Assembly: GCA_963691875.1 (NCBI GenBank)
Contig: OY829846.1
Span: forward strand, 4,544,001 to 4,608,000
Source of the DNA: Aureliella sp.
GTDB taxonomy: Bacteria > Planctomycetota > Planctomycetia > Pirellulales > Pirellulaceae
Direction of reading: 5' to 3'
DNA: 64,000 nt
A program made the translations under genes and the position numbers. Below, in pieces: positions 60,474 through 64,000 of this stretch. Below the pieces are notes generated by a model. That model worked only from the letters and a program-made list of their open reading frames with translations. It made no database searches and was not told the DNA's origin. Each line of letters opens with the position of its first letter. The stretch's first letter is position 1.

Positions 60474-62153
60474 TTATTGAGCTGCAGCAGGTTGAAGAAG
60501 GGTAAAGCGTTTGCCGGGTGCGAGTACTTCCTCGGTCAAATTAGTGCTCCCGAGCCATTGCATTTTCACTGTGACATCAGCTTCAGAAGACGGCAAGCCA
60601 AAATGCAGCACATGGGAACTCTCAGTTTGGTAACTATGCCCGGAACGGGCTTGCATGCGTTGTGACACTCCGTCTTGGATTACTGTAACCATAGCACCTA
60701 GTCCATCTCGATTGCTGGAAGTTCCGACGAGTCGGAGTTGAATGAAGCTTTGACCTTCGGATTGATTACGAATGAGTTGCGGTGACTGGCGCGAATTCAA
60801 GATGAGCAAATCTTGTCGTCCGTCCAGGTCGAAATCGGCAGTCGCAGCACCTCGGCTTGAGGCACGCGCTACTGCCGCATCGCCCCATTGATCTTTCAAG
60901 TCCCGAGGTTTGCCGTCGGCCGAACCTTGCAGCATAAAATTCTGCGCGAGATAACCACGACTGCCAATTCCACCCCGCGAGCTGTTTTGCTCATCGAGGT
61001 CGCCGGCAGCGATAAAAACGTCGGTAGCTCCATCGTTGTTGAAATCGCAGGCGACGACGCCCCAGGTAACATCAGAAAAGGTGGACTGCGAGGAGCCAGT
61101 CTGCAACGTACGGTCGCTAAAAAAACCAGAATCATCATTCCGGTAGAAAACCGCAAACTCTCGCGAGAACGAGGTCGCAAAAACATCCAGTTTCAGGTCC
61201 CGGTCTAGGTCGAGGAGCTCGATACCCATTGAGGCTTGTGGCTTGGCTTTGTAGTCATAGGCCAAGCCTGCAATCAGACTTGATTCCTGAAACTGGTTCT
61301 TTCCGGTGTTCTCGTAAAGATAATTCTGTTCGGTATCGTTGGCGACCAAGATATCGATATCGCCGTCTTCGCCGTAATCAAAAGTGAGGATGCCCATGCT
61401 GCGCCCAGCAACACTTGAAATACCAGAGCTCTCAGAGATATCTCTAAATCTTCCGTCACCTAAATTCTCGAGCAGCTGATCCGAGTCGGCCTGCAGGCTC
61501 AATGGGGTAGGATAGTCGGGGAGGCCCTTGAAGTAGTGGATCTTGTGGTTGGAAAAGTCTTCGCGGATGTAGTTTGCAATAAAAAGGTCAAGGTCTCCAT
61601 CCGCATCCGTATCAACGAAGCTTGCACCGGCACCAATTCGCTGGGGCGAATCAATATCCTTCAGCTTAACTAGGGCAAAAGTTCCATCACCCTGGTTACG
61701 ATATAGCGAGTTGGCACCTCCATTGTTGACAAATACATCTGGCCATCCGTCGTTGTCATAGTCGCCGGTCGCAACACCCATCCCGAAACCGATATCACCC
61801 AAGCCGGAATCTTGCGTCACGTCCGTGAAGCGGAAGTTACCTTCGTTTCGATACAGTACATTGCAGTGTTCTGTGTCCGAGACGATTGTATTGCCTTTGA
61901 ACTGTTCCAGTGAAGTTCCATTGAGCAAATAGATGTCCTCGTCGCCGTCTAGATCGTAGTCGAAGAGTGCTAAGCCCGCACTGAGAGACTCCATAATGAA
62001 GAACTCGCCAGCGCTACCGTCAAAGTGTTTGAAGGTGATTCCGCTGCCTTCTGTCGCATCGGTCATGCGAATCGTCTCTTGCGCACTTGTGAGGGAACAG
62101 AAACCGAATGCTGAAAGCAGTGGGGCAAAACAGAAGGGAAAAAGCTTCATCAT
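60474..62153 (-). CDS. CRTAC1-family protein (FG-GAP repeats + ASPIC/UnbV)
   Basis: DYDNDG repeats, SNRDGLGA..SYQTE..LHFGL; close paralog of 48051-49724. Confidence 0.9.
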   Translation of the reverse strand: MMKLFPFCFAPLLSAFGFCSLTSAQETIRMTDATEGSGITFKHFDGSAGEFFIMESLSAGLALFDYDLDGDEDIYLLNGTSLEQFKGNTIVSDTEHCNVLYRNEGNFRFTDVTQDSGLGDIGFGMGVATGDYDNDGWPDVFVNNGGANSLYRNQGDGTFALVKLKDIDSPQRIGAGASFVDTDADGDLDLFIANYIREDFSNHKIHYFKGLPDYPTPLSLQADSDQLLENLGDGRFRDISESSGISSVAGRSMGILTFDYGEDGDIDILVANDTEQNYLYENTGKNQFQESSLIAGLAYDYKAKPQASMGIELLDLDRDLKLDVFATSFSREFAVFYRNDDSGFFSDRTLQTGSSQSTFSDVTWGVVACDFNNDGATDVFIAAGDLDEQNSSRGGIGSRGYLAQNFMLQGSADGKPRDLKDQWGDAAVARASSRGAATADFDLDGRQDLLILNSRQSPQLIRNQSEGQSFIQLRLVGTSSNRDGLGAMVTVIQDGVSQRMQARSGHSYQTESSHVLHFGLPSSEADVTVKMQWLGSTNLTEEVLAPGKRFTLLQPAAAQ

Positions 62154-62196
62154 TGTTGAGAGCAATCACACGTGCAGAGGTTGGGCGCGATCGCGC

Positions 62197-63732
62197 TTAC
62201 GGGGTTTGCGGCCTAAATGTTGCATTACGAGAACGCGGTATGTTTAGCAGTTGAGCATACTGTGGGTTGCCGGGATCCATCACGATCGCGCGCTCCAGGG
62301 TCCTGATGGCTTGATCTCGCTGACCAGCGAATTCTTGCGCGGAAGCCAGCAGTAGAAAGGCTTGCGGGGATGCTCGCAGTTCCACTACGTGCTGTGCAAG
62401 TTTTAATGCCTCAGCTGGTCTTGGAACTTGACTCATAAAGAATTGGCTGCAGGCAGCCGCAGCCTCGACGTCTTCAGGATTCGCAGTTGTGAATTGAATC
62501 AATCGTTGAGCAGCTTCGTCCTGCTTGCCGGCCTGAAGGAACAGATTAACGGCATCTCGGGTGAGAATAAATTGCTTTGGATGCAACTTCGCGATCTCAT
62601 CCAGATACTCGATGGCACTTGAGAAGTCATTGCGTCTGGCAAACAACAGCGAAAGTATCTGGCGGCAGTCGATGTTCTTTTCGTCAAGGTGGTAAGCGCG
62701 CTCAAGCATTCTATGGCTGATCGTCGCCAGCTGTTCTTCAAGAAACAGTCTTGCTAGGTCGGAGCACAATTTTGAAACGGCTTTTCGATTCGCAGTACCG
62801 TCATCGTACTCTCGACGTGCCTTGGTATCTTGCTTAGCGAATTCGGCTTGAAGACGTCGATGCTCCCCAAAGTGCTTCTTAGCCAGATCGGGACTTCCGA
62901 GACGACTGTACGTCCTGCCTAATTCCAGGTGAACCGAGCGCTGGTCAGGAGCCAGCTCAAGTGCTTTCTCCAGTTGCTCTTTGGCGGACTCTAGCTCATC
63001 AAGTTGCAGAAGTACACACGCGTACTCGACCCGCGCCTCAGGATTCTGTGGATAGTCGGCGACGATTTTTCCTAGAACATCGGAAGAATCTTCAATCTCG
63101 GCAGCATCGAGTAATGCAACGCCTAGCTCCAGTCGGTAGTTCGGATTGCCGGGTTCGAGCTGCAGAGCTTGGCGGCTATACCGCACTACTGCTTCGAAAT
63201 CACCTTCCTGTTTGGCGACTTGCAAAAGGCCTTCGATGACCGTGAGGTTGGAAGCATTCTGTTCGAGCAGGTCTTGCCAGATTTTCTTTGCTTGCGAGGC
63301 GTCGCCGAATTCCAGCATGAATTGAGCTTGAAGGTGATGGGCGGCTTCGGAGTCGTGCAGCGTCTGCGTAGCCAGTTGGAGCAAGGCCTCCCCTTCCTTC
63401 AGCAACGCGACAGTTTCGTCTGGCACATTCTGGCTAGGCGTCAACTTGAGGAGTGCGTCTAGAGTCTTTTGCTCCACTTCGGAGACCGGTGGCGGCGGAA
63501 GGAGATCGGGGACGCTGTAAGCTGCAGTGGCTTGTTGCGTATTCTGTTGAGAAGAGGTCGTGTCTGGATTGGTTGCTTGATCGCCCTGCGCGACGTCTAC
63601 TGCTGGATTGTCTTCTTCCTTCGACTTGCGACTGCAGCCCAGATTTGTGGAGACAGCTGGTAGGCAGAAGCAGAGGGTAACGCAGACCCCAAAGGACCAG
63701 GAGAGGGGACGAATGTGCCTTGTCGTATCCAT
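62197..63732 (-). CDS. TPR protein, membrane-anchored or lipoprotein
   Basis: Hydrophobic leader ending LGC, linker, TPR repeats; start uncertain (63732 or 63798). Confidence 0.83.
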   Translation of the reverse strand: MDTTRHIRPLSWSFGVCVTLCFCLPAVSTNLGCSRKSKEEDNPAVDVAQGDQATNPDTTSSQQNTQQATAAYSVPDLLPPPPVSEVEQKTLDALLKLTPSQNVPDETVALLKEGEALLQLATQTLHDSEAAHHLQAQFMLEFGDASQAKKIWQDLLEQNASNLTVIEGLLQVAKQEGDFEAVVRYSRQALQLEPGNPNYRLELGVALLDAAEIEDSSDVLGKIVADYPQNPEARVEYACVLLQLDELESAKEQLEKALELAPDQRSVHLELGRTYSRLGSPDLAKKHFGEHRRLQAEFAKQDTKARREYDDGTANRKAVSKLCSDLARLFLEEQLATISHRMLERAYHLDEKNIDCRQILSLLFARRNDFSSAIEYLDEIAKLHPKQFILTRDAVNLFLQAGKQDEAAQRLIQFTTANPEDVEAAAACSQFFMSQVPRPAEALKLAQHVVELRASPQAFLLLASAQEFAGQRDQAIRTLERAIVMDPGNPQYAQLLNIPRSRNATFRPQTP

Positions 63733-64000
63733 CGGAAACCTAGGGCCCGCAGGACTTGTTGAAGGAAGACAGCTGTCCCGATCTCGAACGAGGAACAACT
63801 TGGTCTAGAATATAGCCGAATTCACTTTGTATCTATTATGACTCAAGCCTTATCCTGGAGCTTGGATGCCCAAGAACAGCCGCAGTTCCGGTCGTAATTC
63901 TCCCTCGGTGAGAAGAAATCAGGAGCCACTTGCTGCTGCACAAGGGGAGAATGTCTCTGTAAGATTTGGGGGTGGTGATCTTGGGCCAACGCTGTGGTTT

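Overview
Planctomycete (Pirellulaceae-like) chromosomal DNA, judged from lineage-typical families (DUF1552, DUF1592/1588, DUF1559, TIGR03000). All family calls are by motif recognition, not database search. 0-12 kb: minus-strand array of three Tat-exported DUF1552 proteins and three diheme DUF1592/1588-family proteins, leading into a partial secreted amidohydrolase. 12-23 kb: accessory genes, including an acyltransferase-ankyrin fusion, a frameshifted ankyrin gene and an atypical kinase. 23-46 kb: housekeeping genes (rpmB, gatCAB, bioA, pcm, pgi, gpmI) with inserts. 46-64 kb: surface/periplasmic cluster of three TPR + CRTAC1(ASPIC/UnbV) modules, a heptaheme cytochrome, an FG-GAP protein and a DUF1559 pilin-like gene. 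Best leads: (1) a cobalamin riboswitch controlling a DUF1559 pilin-like gene plus a DUF4465 PEP-CTERM surface protein, a candidate B12-capture system with no btuB in the unit; (2) a DapA-like aldolase with an apparent C-terminal microcompartment encapsulation peptide but no shell genes in the window; (3) the triplicated TPR/CRTAC1/multiheme cluster; (4) the DUF1552/DUF1592 array. No rRNA, intact tRNA, CRISPR array or transposase was seen.
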